IMG/VR virus record: IMGVR_UViG_3300021399_000260
Span: 1-40,844 of that record
Origin: a virus
DNA length: 40,844 nucleotides
Direction: 5' to 3' (one strand)
The notes beneath the pieces are model-generated. The model ran no database searches. It saw nothing but the letters and a program-made list of their open reading frames with translations, and was not told the DNA's origin. Every line of letters starts with the position of its first letter. Position 1 is the stretch's first letter. The translations under genes and the position numbers were made by a program. Positions 10,201 to 20,373 of the stretch are shown piece by piece.

Positions 10201-13200
10201 TCTTGATTAGAAATACTATACTTTTGTAGATTTTCTTTTGTTGGTAATTTTATATCTTGTAAGTATGTTCCTTTATTTTTGTTTTTATATATAGTGTCAA
10301 GTCTATTTTGCCATTTACCATCTGTTGTTTTGCTAAATTTATATTCATCAAGTGCTTTTATTTTAGCTTGTCTATCTCCTTCTTTATTAGCATCATATTC
10401 TACTACATTTAGACCTCTATCAATTAACTGTTGTTTTAGCTCTTGATTCATATTATTTGGCACTACTATTGCTTTTACCTCATCAAGACCAACTGCTCTT
10501 TGTGGTTTAGCTTCAAAATAGTCTGTAGGTATATTATCTAATGATTTTAAGTCTTTAATTATTTTTTGTAATGTTTTACTTGGAATTTTATCTACATCAA
10601 AATTATAATATGTTCCTAATACTTTTCTGAAAGTTGCTTCTGTTAAATTCTTTTTTCCAGCAAATTCACTTATAGCATTTGCTGAATTGTCAAAACTTCC
10701 ATAACTATATCCATTTGTGTTGTAATAATTTGACAATGTATAAATGTCATCTTGTATTTTTTTTCTAAGTGGTTCAAGTTTAGTAGGTGTTTCTTGGCTG
10801 TCTGTAATTCTATTTTCAGCATTTTTTATATCTTCAACAGAATTAAATTTATTGCCTCTTTTAGCCTGTATCTCACCAAACCCACCAGTAGTGAAACCAC
10901 CTTCTCCACCTTTTGTATCTTGTGAAATTAAATAATTTACAATGTTTTGTAAATTATATTCATTATGCAATTTGTCAAAACTACGCCTATTTCCTGATGG
11001 TGTATACATATCTTTGTCATTTCTTATGCCTTTTTTAGTGTTTTCAAACATCTTTCCATAAGTATTATCAACCCATTTTTCATAATCTTTTTGATTAATG
11101 TGATTAGAAATATCTTTTAATGTTGCATCAACATCAATTACTTGTTTTGCACCATTTTTAGCATACATACTAGCATTACTGATAAACTCATTCAATCTAA
11201 ACGGATTATTTTTTAATGCTGATTCTTCATTTTCAAAATATATTTTTAGATATTTTTTTCTAGTTTCTGCATCAAGATCTTTGCCTTTAAAATCTCTTTC
11301 AAAATCTGCTTCAATATCAGGTTTAATTGCTTTCCACATTTGCTTTTTCAAATCTTCTCTTTTTTCTTTAGACAGCTCCATATCTTGATAATTTAAGTAA
11401 TGATAATAAAACTCATCTAATGGCATATCTTCCTTAAAGTTATCAATAAATCTTTGTAAGCTCTCATTAGAATAGTAATTATTATATTCAAGGTTCTTCA
11501 TTTTAGGTTTATATTTACCTTTTTCAATTTGAGTTTTATATAAATATTTCATTTCTGGACTTGCTTTAATATGAGCTAATGCTCTATCTTTGCCTTCTGT
11601 ATTAATCATTTGGCTTAAATTTTCTTGATACATAAACCTTAATACTGCTTGATCTATTATTGAATCTTTATTCCTTGTGTATCCAAAATCATACATATCT
11701 CCAACATATTTTTTTATATTTTCATTTGTAATGTCATAATTAACTTGTGGAAATGTTGGACTCCAAACATCTCTATCATAAACTTCGTTTCTACTATCTG
11801 CTGGATTAATTGTATCTTTGTCAAATACAACTGAAATATCTCCAAACTGTGTATGATTATTAATGTCTGGATTTGTTATTGCTATACTTGGTACTGGAAA
11901 TCCACCTAATTCTAAGATACCTTTTAGTTTATCTTCACTCAAATTATGCAATGCTAACAATGTTTTATTTGATGTATCTTCACTTTTAGAATACCTCATA
12001 TCACTTTTTGTTGTTGGATTAGAATTGTTTTTGTTCTTAAATTGATTTGATTTGAATGTTACATAGTCATTTCCTAACTTTTTGCCAGAAGAATCACTAT
12101 ACGCACCTTCATCATATATATTTTTAATAATAACTCCATCTGAATTTATTTTTCCGTCATCTATTGCATCTGAGATAGCTGATATTAAATCTGCCGTCGA
12201 AGTTCTTAATTTACCTTTTTCTTGCCATGTAGATGCACCATACTCATCTAAAAAGCCTTTTACATTATCTATTCCATCAATAGATATATTATTTACATCA
12301 ATCATAGACCATTTTTCGCCATTAGCTTCTATTGTAATAGGATTGCTTATATTTATATATCCTTCATATACGCCACCATCATTTCCTGTATATGTTTTTG
12401 CTACATCTTGATTATCTGTAAAGAAATTGAAATTTCTGTTAAACTCTGTGAACCCTGCATTAATAGTGCCATGATAAACTACTTTTAAATTACCATTTTC
12501 ATCTCTAACCTTACTATCTTTAAAATACTCTTGTTGTTGTTTAGATAACATATTTCCTTTATTATCTGTTTTAGGTAAATTAATTTTTTTGACATTTTGT
12601 TCATTTTGTGCTATATTATTATTAGAAGATACAGAACCGTCAGTAAGAGGTTTAGACTTATTGTCTACGACCTTCTGACCTGTATCTTTTATTTTATCTA
12701 AATCATAAAAATATTCTCTACCATTTTTATCTATTCTTGTTATTGCATCAGCTTTATATATGTCTACGTTTCCATTTCCATCAGGTATTCCTATTTTAGC
12801 ATCATAATGATTAAATCCACCACTTGTATCAAGTCCAGAATGTTTTTTTATTTTTCCATCTTTGGTGACCTTTCTATCGTCTTCGTGTCTAGGATTTTCC
12901 ATAGTATTTAAAATATCCTCTAATACTGTTACTGCTGGAGCTTTTACCTCATTATAGTTTTTTTGTCCTCGTCCTGGGAACGCATATTTATGTCCTTGAT
13001 CTGTTTTTACATTGCCGATTTGTTTATTTTTAAAATTATCATCAAAGTGTTTTTTTATGTTTTTAGATATTGAAGTATTGTCGTCACTTATATAATTTAT
13101 ACCGTCATACTGTGCAATGTTTCCTATTCCTTCATAGTTCTGTATGCTATACATAACAGAATTACTATTTCCTTGATACTCTTGTCTAAACGCATTTTCA

Positions 13201-16055
13201 AATTTATTCTTAATATCTTTCCAATAAAAGTATTCATTGATATTTTCAAAGCTTCTTGTTATATTATTTAACTTCTCTACAATCCAATCATAAATTTGTC
13301 TTGCTTTACTTCTTGTTTCTTTTTGATTAACCAGCTTATTAATAAATTGTTGGTCACCTAGTTTATTACCTAAAATATCTGCAACTGCTTCCTCATCAAC
13401 TAATGCTGAAAAGTTATCTGCGTTTCTATCATATACTTGTGCATATAAATCCTCTAACGCTTGTCTTGCTTCTGCATAACCTGCTTTTCCTTTGTCGTAA
13501 TTTAGAACCATATCTCTTATTTTTTCAAATCCCTCAGATTGAAACATATCATGCACTAACTCATGTATTTCTATTTGTTGTAATGTTTTATTTGTAACTT
13601 TTGCATTAGGGTTTAAGATTATACTTCTATTTTCATTTTCATCTGTTATATACATTGCATTTGCATTAGAATTATCTTTAAAGTAACTACCATCGAATAA
13701 TGTTTGCACACCTCTTTTAGAAGAAAGTTCTCCAATTTGTCTTACTGCTCTGTTATTTATATCTATATTATTCTGTTGAGCAGATTTTATATAATTATCT
13801 ACAAATTGACCTTCGACGTTTCGATTTAAGCCATTTTTATTTTCTATTTGAGTAATTTGTTGTTGTTGATTTATATTTTGATTTTTGACATCATTATTTA
13901 TTAAATTCAGATATTCTTCATTTGGACTAATATATTTTCCATACGAATTAATATATCCATTCCTTAATTGGTCGTCAATTATAATTTCTAGCTTTTTAGA
14001 TATTGCATTATTCTCTTTTCCATTATCTTCAATAATATTTGTTAGACCGTCTATTATTTGATTGTATGAATACCCCATTTCGCGAAGCTGTTTTATTCCA
14101 CTTATATTTGTCTTTAATGACGTACCTCCACCTTTTACAGTGCTTCTATTATCTTCACTTCCTATATTTCCTATATCCTCACCTAACATTTGAGCCATTT
14201 CTTGAAAATATGGTTTTACTTCTGGATTATCATATTGATAAGCATTTACTTTTTCTTTTCCTATTGTTTTTATATCTCTGTCTTGTAATGGACTTTTTAC
14301 TTCTTCATATTGAGAATTTGACATTGCTTCATCTACAATATCCTCAAAACTTTTTTCTTTTAAGTTATCTTGCTTTTGAGTAGTTTGTTGTTCGTTTAGG
14401 GTATTATTATTTATTTCGCTTAATGCTTGTGTCATTTGTTCATAATTGCTCTGATTATTTATATCTCTATAATTTTGAACAAATCCGCCAGTTATTGTAT
14501 TAAGTAATAATGTTGTTGCTGTAGTGTCTTTTGCTGTTTGCCATAATTCTTGAATAGTTGGCAATTTTGCATTTTCTTTATATGTTCCTCTATCAATTGC
14601 TGAACCTGCTATATCAGCAATTATTTCTTCAGCTGTTTCTCCTAAAATATCTAATGTAACAGTAGCTCCCATTTTTAGACCTTTGCTTTTTATTTTATCT
14701 AAAACAAGCTTTTGAACTATGTCATCTGTCAATCCATCTCCTAAAACCTTTTTACCTAATCCCATTGCTGATATACCAGACCACATTAATTCTGTTAAAA
14801 CTTCAACTGTTGCTTTCATATCTCCTATTTTTACAGCTTGATTTAATTCCACTCCATTATTTAATGCTTCTTTTGTTGAGCTACCCTTAGCACTAACACC
14901 CATGGCAGATAAACCAAATGAAGGATCACCTGAAATAACGCTTAATGCTATTGAAGGTATCATTCTTGTAGTTCCCTCGACTGCTCTACCAACAAATTGT
15001 TTACCTTCACTTTTTTTTGATTGGTTTTCTTGATATTTTCTTAAATCTTCATCATAACTATTAGTTATGTTCATTATGTTCTTCTGAATTTCTTTTCGAG
15101 TGTCTTCATCTAAATTTGCTGTTGTAGTATCTTGTATTCCTCGTTTTAATTTATCCATTACAGCATATGTAGGAATATTTTGCTTTATATTGTTAAAATG
15201 CTCTGTTGCAAATTTAGAAGTAGCACCCCATATTACATCTCCAGTGCTACCACCATTGTTTGCTATCTCTTGTGCTTTATTAATTACTTTCTCACCTGTT
15301 TTATATCCCCTATACATATTTCCAACTATTGGAAGATATTTTAAGATGTTTTCGTCTTCTTCTTCTTTTTCTTCAAATAATGATGCCAATTCAGTCGTTC
15401 CTGCATCTGCCATTCCTGCTATCGAACTTCTTATTCCCATTAATGCTGGTGATTGTGTAGAAGCGTATTTTGCTGTATCTATTATGTTTGGAACTTGTTG
15501 AGCTGTGTTGGCTGAGTTTTTAATTAAATTATTTACTCCTAATTTTTCATTTACATTATTTTTTACATCACTTACTGTTTTAATAGCTTTTGTTGAAAAT
15601 TTATTTTGATTGTCTTTAGCTTCTTGAATTTGTTGTTGTGTCAATCCTGTATCTTTAGCAATATTTTTTGTATTCATTAATGTTGCTTGTGGCAAATTTA
15701 GTTTACCATTGTTCAATCTTGAATTATTTAAGCCTTGACTTGGTGTACTTAATGCATTTATCTTAGAAGCACTATTAAGTGATATTCCACTACCTTGTTT
15801 TCTGTTTTGTTGACGTTGTTGCATTAACTCATTTAATCTATCATTAACACTTGTAGTCGTTGCCATTATGGTGTTGAACCTGTTATTGACTCTTTGGCTT
15901 ATTGAAGGTCGTTGTATATTTTGTTGTCTATTGTTTACATTATTAACAATATTCGCATATCTCACTTGTAGGTCCTGCTGTTTTTTCTGTTCTTTTTCGA
16001 TTGCATTTTGTTTTATCTTATTTAGTCTGGCATTTATTTCTTCTTGACTAGCCAT
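7227..16055 (-). CDS. Giant polyvalent virion protein (2942 aa) with metallopeptidase-like and ART-like segments
   Basis: Zn-peptidase motif EIHELVHDMF...; KVVYHGTINAGFTEFNRNFNFFTDNQDVAKTYTG (ART-PolyVal-like); nuclease-barrel-like HKYAFPGRGQKNYNEVKAPAVTVLEDIL. Confidence 0.75.
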   Translation of the reverse strand: MASQEEINARLNKIKQNAIEKEQKKQQDLQVRYANIVNNVNNRQQNIQRPSISQRVNNRFNTIMATTTSVNDRLNELMQQRQQNRKQGSGISLNSASKINALSTPSQGLNNSRLNNGKLNLPQATLMNTKNIAKDTGLTQQQIQEAKDNQNKFSTKAIKTVSDVKNNVNEKLGVNNLIKNSANTAQQVPNIIDTAKYASTQSPALMGIRSSIAGMADAGTTELASLFEEKEEEDENILKYLPIVGNMYRGYKTGEKVINKAQEIANNGGSTGDVIWGATSKFATEHFNNIKQNIPTYAVMDKLKRGIQDTTTANLDEDTRKEIQKNIMNITNSYDEDLRKYQENQSKKSEGKQFVGRAVEGTTRMIPSIALSVISGDPSFGLSAMGVSAKGSSTKEALNNGVELNQAVKIGDMKATVEVLTELMWSGISAMGLGKKVLGDGLTDDIVQKLVLDKIKSKGLKMGATVTLDILGETAEEIIADIAGSAIDRGTYKENAKLPTIQELWQTAKDTTATTLLLNTITGGFVQNYRDINNQSNYEQMTQALSEINNNTLNEQQTTQKQDNLKEKSFEDIVDEAMSNSQYEEVKSPLQDRDIKTIGKEKVNAYQYDNPEVKPYFQEMAQMLGEDIGNIGSEDNRSTVKGGGTSLKTNISGIKQLREMGYSYNQIIDGLTNIIEDNGKENNAISKKLEIIIDDQLRNGYINSYGKYISPNEEYLNLINNDVKNQNINQQQQITQIENKNGLNRNVEGQFVDNYIKSAQQNNIDINNRAVRQIGELSSKRGVQTLFDGSYFKDNSNANAMYITDENENRSIILNPNAKVTNKTLQQIEIHELVHDMFQSEGFEKIRDMVLNYDKGKAGYAEARQALEDLYAQVYDRNADNFSALVDEEAVADILGNKLGDQQFINKLVNQKETRSKARQIYDWIVEKLNNITRSFENINEYFYWKDIKNKFENAFRQEYQGNSNSVMYSIQNYEGIGNIAQYDGINYISDDNTSISKNIKKHFDDNFKNKQIGNVKTDQGHKYAFPGRGQKNYNEVKAPAVTVLEDILNTMENPRHEDDRKVTKDGKIKKHSGLDTSGGFNHYDAKIGIPDGNGNVDIYKADAITRIDKNGREYFYDLDKIKDTGQKVVDNKSKPLTDGSVSSNNNIAQNEQNVKKINLPKTDNKGNMLSKQQQEYFKDSKVRDENGNLKVVYHGTINAGFTEFNRNFNFFTDNQDVAKTYTGNDGGVYEGYINISNPITIEANGEKWSMIDVNNISIDGIDNVKGFLDEYGASTWQEKGKLRTSTADLISAISDAIDDGKINSDGVIIKNIYDEGAYSDSSGKKLGNDYVTFKSNQFKNKNNSNPTTKSDMRYSKSEDTSNKTLLALHNLSEDKLKGILELGGFPVPSIAITNPDINNHTQFGDISVVFDKDTINPADSRNEVYDRDVWSPTFPQVNYDITNENIKKYVGDMYDFGYTRNKDSIIDQAVLRFMYQENLSQMINTEGKDRALAHIKASPEMKYLYKTQIEKGKYKPKMKNLEYNNYYSNESLQRFIDNFKEDMPLDEFYYHYLNYQDMELSKEKREDLKKQMWKAIKPDIEADFERDFKGKDLDAETRKKYLKIYFENEESALKNNPFRLNEFISNASMYAKNGAKQVIDVDATLKDISNHINQKDYEKWVDNTYGKMFENTKKGIRNDKDMYTPSGNRRSFDKLHNEYNLQNIVNYLISQDTKGGEGGFTTGGFGEIQAKRGNKFNSVEDIKNAENRITDSQETPTKLEPLRKKIQDDIYTLSNYYNTNGYSYGSFDNSANAISEFAGKKNLTEATFRKVLGTYYNFDVDKIPSKTLQKIIKDLKSLDNIPTDYFEAKPQRAVGLDEVKAIVVPNNMNQELKQQLIDRGLNVVEYDANKEGDRQAKIKALDEYKFSKTTDGKWQNRLDTIYKNKNKGTYLQDIKLPTKENLQKYSISNQDSTNLPQGKNVNQNKDINLPPSISANNQYKDSTTKVRKHYKSIIESQYTTDEARAISKELMGLDTYIPETNKNQLEKADERISNAGPESELNSLMARSTVGDKITSVDIAVGERLIQYYSKTGDATKLRDAIQATAMAGTTAGQTVQAMSLLNHQTPEGQAVWLQRSVEKMNNDLKKSRGAKAEQLHLTDEMINKIVNSESTEELYNNLDEVYKELGQQVTKTTIQKIDAWRYFSMLANPRTHIRNIGGNLAMGKVQSAKNKVAGVAEGVVSIFNKDMERTHTIVPASKEVKQFAKADIKNVTDRLGLTENKYNPKSRIESNMRTFKHKALENTIGKAFAFNDYALEAEDGWGLKAGYKKALAEYMTANKLKPGTITDAQLAKARNYAVQQAKEATFHQDCQLATLINQLSNKNKFAKYTVDAILPFKKTPMNIAKAGVEYSPVGLAKSMVYDTVQLRKGNININQYIDNISKGVTGTGIALIGYALASMGIIKASGGDDDKEKYEQNQGKQTYSIKIGDNTYSLDWLAPTAIPLFIGAEIHELTQSDNEKKTSTSSDEDTNYNRIVKSATNVLDAFTNSMNPMMEMSMLSGLTSALKSYEQGSSQMIASMGTNAVQSYVNQFFPTALGQIAKTADKYERSTTSTKSGVLPKAVDTTKNQIMAKIPGLRQMLPTKTDIWGNEMEQSDNVAIRAVENAIFPWARKKVSTNNVDEELLRLYDIDGNNAVIPDSSFSKDLTFSGQKYRMTSEEYSKYRQTYGSKSFNLLNKLIKSNEYKKLSNEEKQKAVEKVYTYVKEYCKNEYAKDNNISNEESKLYKTVQQLYKNDESEASYFSYMAKTANIEGEKANKRKMQVLADSNYTKTAKAIIYENTLGSDDSLYNDVMKSTGIDMNEYLNYKLQEFTSDKKDDGTEDGKTISGSKKAKVYNYVNNMKITGKQRMLLLGTQYKLTDSERATLANYVKDLNITKAEKLEIYKKLQGFTVYKDGRVTY

Positions 16056-16060
16056 TTATA

Positions 16061-17200
16061 TCACCCACCATATCTTAATAATAATAATCTAGCATCATTT
16101 TCGTCTATTGTTTTTCCTAATGCTCCTTCAATAAATGAATCTAAACTTACTCTTGAACCAATACCTGGAGCTGACTTAGCCATTTGATACATCGCATATA
16201 AATTCTTTGCATTATCACTTAATTCATTGGATTGTGGTGCTGTTGTTTCTTTTGAATCATCTATTTTTACTACTGGACTATTACTTCCACCACTACTAGC
16301 TTTAGCTCTACTTAATGCTAATTGTTGTGCAAATTGTTGGTCTGCTACTGCATCACGTCCTACTTGATAATCAAAGTTTTTATTTCTCCATAACTCGGCT
16401 AATTCAGCTTCTTTAAGCATTTGTTGGTATTCTTTTTCCCACTGATTATCCGCTACTGCATCACGGCTAACTTGATAGTTGTAATTTCTGTCATTTACTT
16501 GTTTATTGTAATCAAACTGTTTATTCCATTGTTGGTCTGCTACTGTATCTCTTTCTTTGTTGTAGTTAAACTGTTGTAACCATTGATTATCTGCAACAGT
16601 ATCTCTTGACTTTTGATAATCAAATTGCTTATTCCACTGACTATCTGCTACAGCATCACGACTAACTTGATAGTTGTAATTTCTTTCGTCTATTCCTCTG
16701 TTATATAGTTGTTCTTCTTTATTATTTCTTAAATCATACTCTTGTGTTGCTAAGTTCATTTTTTGCTTATATAGTTCCAACGCAAATTGTGCTTGTTGCA
16801 AATCTCTATTCTGTCTTGCTTGTTGTATTGCAAAATCAAAATCTGATTTCAACTTTTGTGCGTTATTTAAAGTATCTGTTATGTTTTTCTGATATGTATT
16901 GTATAAATTTGTTTGTGTACTTTCAGCAAAGCCTGAATTACCTAATCCCTGTGTGTAAAGATTCTCAGCATTTGCGCCATATCTATTGCTAGCTTTTTTA
17001 TATTCAGCAAATAGACCAGAATTTGTTTTATTAACATTCTGGTCTATTTCTGCTTTATTTTTATTCATTTGGTCTATTTGCATTTGGAGTTGTTGGTCTA
17101 ATATGTTATTTTGTTGAGTTTGTTGTTGTTCTAACATAGAATTTTGATTTGCAATTAATTTATCTATATCTGCATATGCATTATTATTTATATTATCCAT
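16061..17200 (-). CDS. Repeat-rich coiled-coil virion protein
   Basis: Tandem RD(A/T)VAD.QW.KQF.Y repeats and Gln/Asn-rich N-terminus. Confidence 0.6.
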   Translation of the reverse strand: MDNINNNAYADIDKLIANQNSMLEQQQTQQNNILDQQLQMQIDQMNKNKAEIDQNVNKTNSGLFAEYKKASNRYGANAENLYTQGLGNSGFAESTQTNLYNTYQKNITDTLNNAQKLKSDFDFAIQQARQNRDLQQAQFALELYKQKMNLATQEYDLRNNKEEQLYNRGIDERNYNYQVSRDAVADSQWNKQFDYQKSRDTVADNQWLQQFNYNKERDTVADQQWNKQFDYNKQVNDRNYNYQVSRDAVADNQWEKEYQQMLKEAELAELWRNKNFDYQVGRDAVADQQFAQQLALSRAKASSGGSNSPVVKIDDSKETTAPQSNELSDNAKNLYAMYQMAKSAPGIGSRVSLDSFIEGALGKTIDENDARLLLLRYGG

Positions 17201-17218
17201 ATATATTTACTCCTTTCA

Positions 17219-17959
17219 CTAATTTGTATAATAGCTAAAATTAAAGACTATTTCTCCAGCAGGGTCATTCGGTATAACACGAATATAAACCTTTCCATCT
17301 GTTCCTATATATCCTGGTCTTACACCACTACCTAACAGGCAAGGAAACGCTATGGTTTTATCAGGTCTTAATGCTGTTGGAAGTGTAAATATGTTGATCC
17401 ATGTTTGAGAACTAATACTAAAAGCTGTAAGCGTACAATCGCAACTTATATTTACAAGTTTCCCACATTTCTGTAGATTCTTTCTGAAGAAAAATCTACT
17501 ATTCTCAATATAAGTACTATTCCTATAGCTATACAAATCATATTCATCTATTTTTTGTGTAACATTAATCGAAGTATTCCCACTTCCATCAAATGATGCA
17601 CTACCTTGCATTGCACCTGTTACTGATATTGTTCTAGCAGTAGCAAGTTTGTTCGCTGAAACAGCTGTTGAATTACTGCCTAATTTATCCGTATTTAATT
17701 GCTTAACCATTTCAGCAGATGCAACTTTGTTGGCTCCACCTGTTGTCAAATCGTTTACTATCTTAGTAACATCTATCTTTCCATTTTGTATTTGCGTAAT
17801 TAATGAATCAATCTCAGTTGTTAATATATTGTTTATGTAATCTTTAATATCATTTGATGCTTTATCAAACAGGATTTTTAACTCATCAGATGTCAACGCT
17901 GGTTGATCTGGTAAAGACTGATGATTGTTTAAGTTTTCATTTAATTTTGATAAGCTCAT
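17219..17959 (-). CDS. Tail fibre/spike-like protein
   Basis: SAVSANKLATARTISVTGAMQGSASFDGSGNTSINV motif typical of phage fibres. Confidence 0.7.
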   Translation of the reverse strand: MSLSKLNENLNNHQSLPDQPALTSDELKILFDKASNDIKDYINNILTTEIDSLITQIQNGKIDVTKIVNDLTTGGANKVASAEMVKQLNTDKLGSNSTAVSANKLATARTISVTGAMQGSASFDGSGNTSINVTQKIDEYDLYSYRNSTYIENSRFFFRKNLQKCGKLVNISCDCTLTAFSISSQTWINIFTLPTALRPDKTIAFPCLLGSGVRPGYIGTDGKVYIRVIPNDPAGEIVFNFSYYTN

Positions 17960-17970
17960 TATTTTACCTC

Positions 17971-19762
17971 CTATCTTTTGACGTAACCTCCTACAAAACC
18001 TTCTAGTATTGCTTCATACAATCCAAAAGGTTTGTTTAGTTCGTCAGAATAAAATTTAAGTGATATATTAATAAATTTCTTTTCTTTAATTTTGTAAACT
18101 ATATATGAGTCGTTTTTCGTTGTGTATGCGAAGTTTGAATAATCTATATTTGAATAATCAAAGCCTGTTGCTGATTTGCTAGTTATAAATCTCTCATCTT
18201 TTTTATTTGTTTTTTCTGCAATTTTGATTTTTCCATTTGCAATCGTTTTTATTTTGGCTACTCCACCACGTTTGTTAGTAGTTTTCAAATGATTTCCTAC
18301 ACCAAAATCGTCCATTGGAGTTGTCCAATAACTATTGATAACATTTCCATTATCGTTAGTTCCTTCCATAATAAAAATAGAACCGTTTTCGGTTCCGTAT
18401 AAATAAATTACCTTTATATTCTTTTAAAAGGCTTATATTTTGATTTAAATCCCAATAGTACCATTCATATTCATAACCATTTATTCCTTGATATAATTGT
18501 CTTATATCTCCTAAGAATATTCTGTTGTTTACTAATATTAATAGATACCCTGCCCATTCAGTCATACTAGCAAAATTATAGTTACTACTATTAATCATTT
18601 TTGCATCTACTAATGAACTTCTATGTGTTAATAGCTGTTCTTTATTAATGTCTCCTGTGATACCTTCTAAACCTTGTTTAGATAGGAATACAATATCATC
18701 TGAATAGTTAATAGCACATGAATAACACCCTGTTGATACGTTTCCTTGTTGCATAGGATATACTTTTCCATAACCTGAAACATCTAATGGTGTATGATAG
18801 AATATCGTTTCATTTTGTTGGTTTGGTTCTTTAAATACCCATAATATGTTATTTCCAACAACAATGTCTTTAATAGCTGATTCGTCAGTACCATCTTGGT
18901 AATAATCTAAATCAGAGATATATGCGGGATTGTTAAGTGAGCAGTGAAATAATGCGTTTTTGAATGTTATGTTTCCTATAAAAAATATTCTGTTATCGAA
19001 ACTTAACATTTTAGTACAACTATTAATTCTATCAGCATAACCTTCTATTTGCTTTCTGAATTTGATTGATACATTATCATTGCCTAGTGTTGGTGCTGAT
19101 GGAGCTGTAGCAAATGTTATTTTTCCTGCCGTAGCATTAACTGTATAATTACTTACTACTACATCGTTAACTTTAACCTCTGTAACAGAGTCTATTAATT
19201 GAGCATCTAGGTAATAGTCTACTGATGTACCATCTCCAATAAAAGTATTAATTCGGTACTCAGATAAAACATTTATATCTTCGTACATTTCTCCCCCACC
19301 ACTAGGTTTTCTTGTTATTGTAGTTGTTGGAATATACGCATCTTGTGATGTATTTTTTAATGTTGTACCGTCATATTTTAAATAGTTTACACCGTCTAAT
19401 ATGTATAAAGTATCATCAAAAATAGCAAATGAACTTTTAGTGTTATTCATATCGTTTTTTAATACTTGTACTGTTTCTTGCGTAGGTTCACTTGGAAAAT
19501 TACTCCATAAATATAGTTTAGTTCCTACATGTACTATTGCTTTATTATTATAAATATGTAATCCGTTTATTTTTCCACCTTCAAATTCATGTATCTTTCT
19601 ATAACCAGGTCTTGTTTCAATGCAAGTTCCTTGTGTATCTCCATAGTTTTTCCAAACATTTACCGCATCAGGACTTCTTGAAATATTAACTATAGAAGGT
19701 TCATTTGCAAAATCTACGCCTCTAAAATTAGAATATACTCGTCTTATTGGTGTTGCTACCAT
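17971..19762 (-). CDS. Stopper/tail-hub-like virion protein, requires +1 shift at CGG (18397-18395)
   Basis: ...LKEYKGNLFI then, after skipping C18397, GTENGSIFIMEGTNDNGNVINSYWTTPMDDFG... Length 1792 = 3x597+1; two ORFs fuse into one. Confidence 0.8.
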
Positions 19763-19773
19763 TTCTACACCTC

Positions 19774-20370
19774 CTATAATCTATAATTTTGTTTTACTAC
19801 TACTTTAGGAGTTTGATTACTTCTATCTAAGTTTTCTAATAATCTTCTATAATCTGCTTGAAATGCTGTATAGTCTGCTGAAGGGTCTGTTTTAAGAATA
19901 TCTGAAGCTACAGCATATGGCAGTATCATCAATACATCTTGGTCTAATTCAAGTACAAAATCATCATCTGTATCTTGATCTATTAATGTAGGGTAAGCAT
20001 AGTATTCTAAGACATATTGATAGTTAGATGAATTACTTATAAATATTTTCTTTTTTCCGACTGTGTAGTAATCTGCATTAACTTTATTATTGTTTTCATC
20101 TAATGCTATTATGTTTTTTAATTGATACATATTGCTAGGTAAGGTATATTCAGTATAGCCTTCACCTGTTGTATCGTCTGTTATTTCCTTTAATGTTTTT
20201 GTTTTTAGAATCTTTTTTAATGTACTTAGCTCTTGATAATTTGTAGCATAAGCAAAATTCAGCCTAATCGCTATATCTTCATCATCTGTTAAATTACGAT
20301 TAGTTGGGCTATATTCTTCTATCAACGCTAATGTAACTTTTTTGTTTTCACCTAATGTCATTGTTTTCAC
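19774..20370 (-). CDS. Head-tail connector/adaptor-like protein
   Basis: Position between the coat module and the stopper-like protein; DAVLMILPYAVASDIL-type segment. Confidence 0.55.
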   Translation of the reverse strand: MKTMTLGENKKVTLALIEEYSPTNRNLTDDEDIAIRLNFAYATNYQELSTLKKILKTKTLKEITDDTTGEGYTEYTLPSNMYQLKNIIALDENNNKVNADYYTVGKKKIFISNSSNYQYVLEYYAYPTLIDQDTDDDFVLELDQDVLMILPYAVASDILKTDPSADYTAFQADYRRLLENLDRSNQTPKVVVKQNYRL

Positions 20371-20373
20371 CCC

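Noticed and set aside
393-18397. Classical pseudogenes or random assembly indels as sole explanation for the broken genes
   Set aside because: All five breaks are the same class (+1), at the same in-frame codon (CGG), always restoring Gly. Random decay or random error would give mixed signs and contexts. I cannot fully exclude a systematic artefact without reads.
393-18397. CGG reassignment to another amino acid (e.g. Trp) or stop
   Set aside because: Simple reassignment does not change frame, and the downstream conserved sequence is in the +1 frame in every case.
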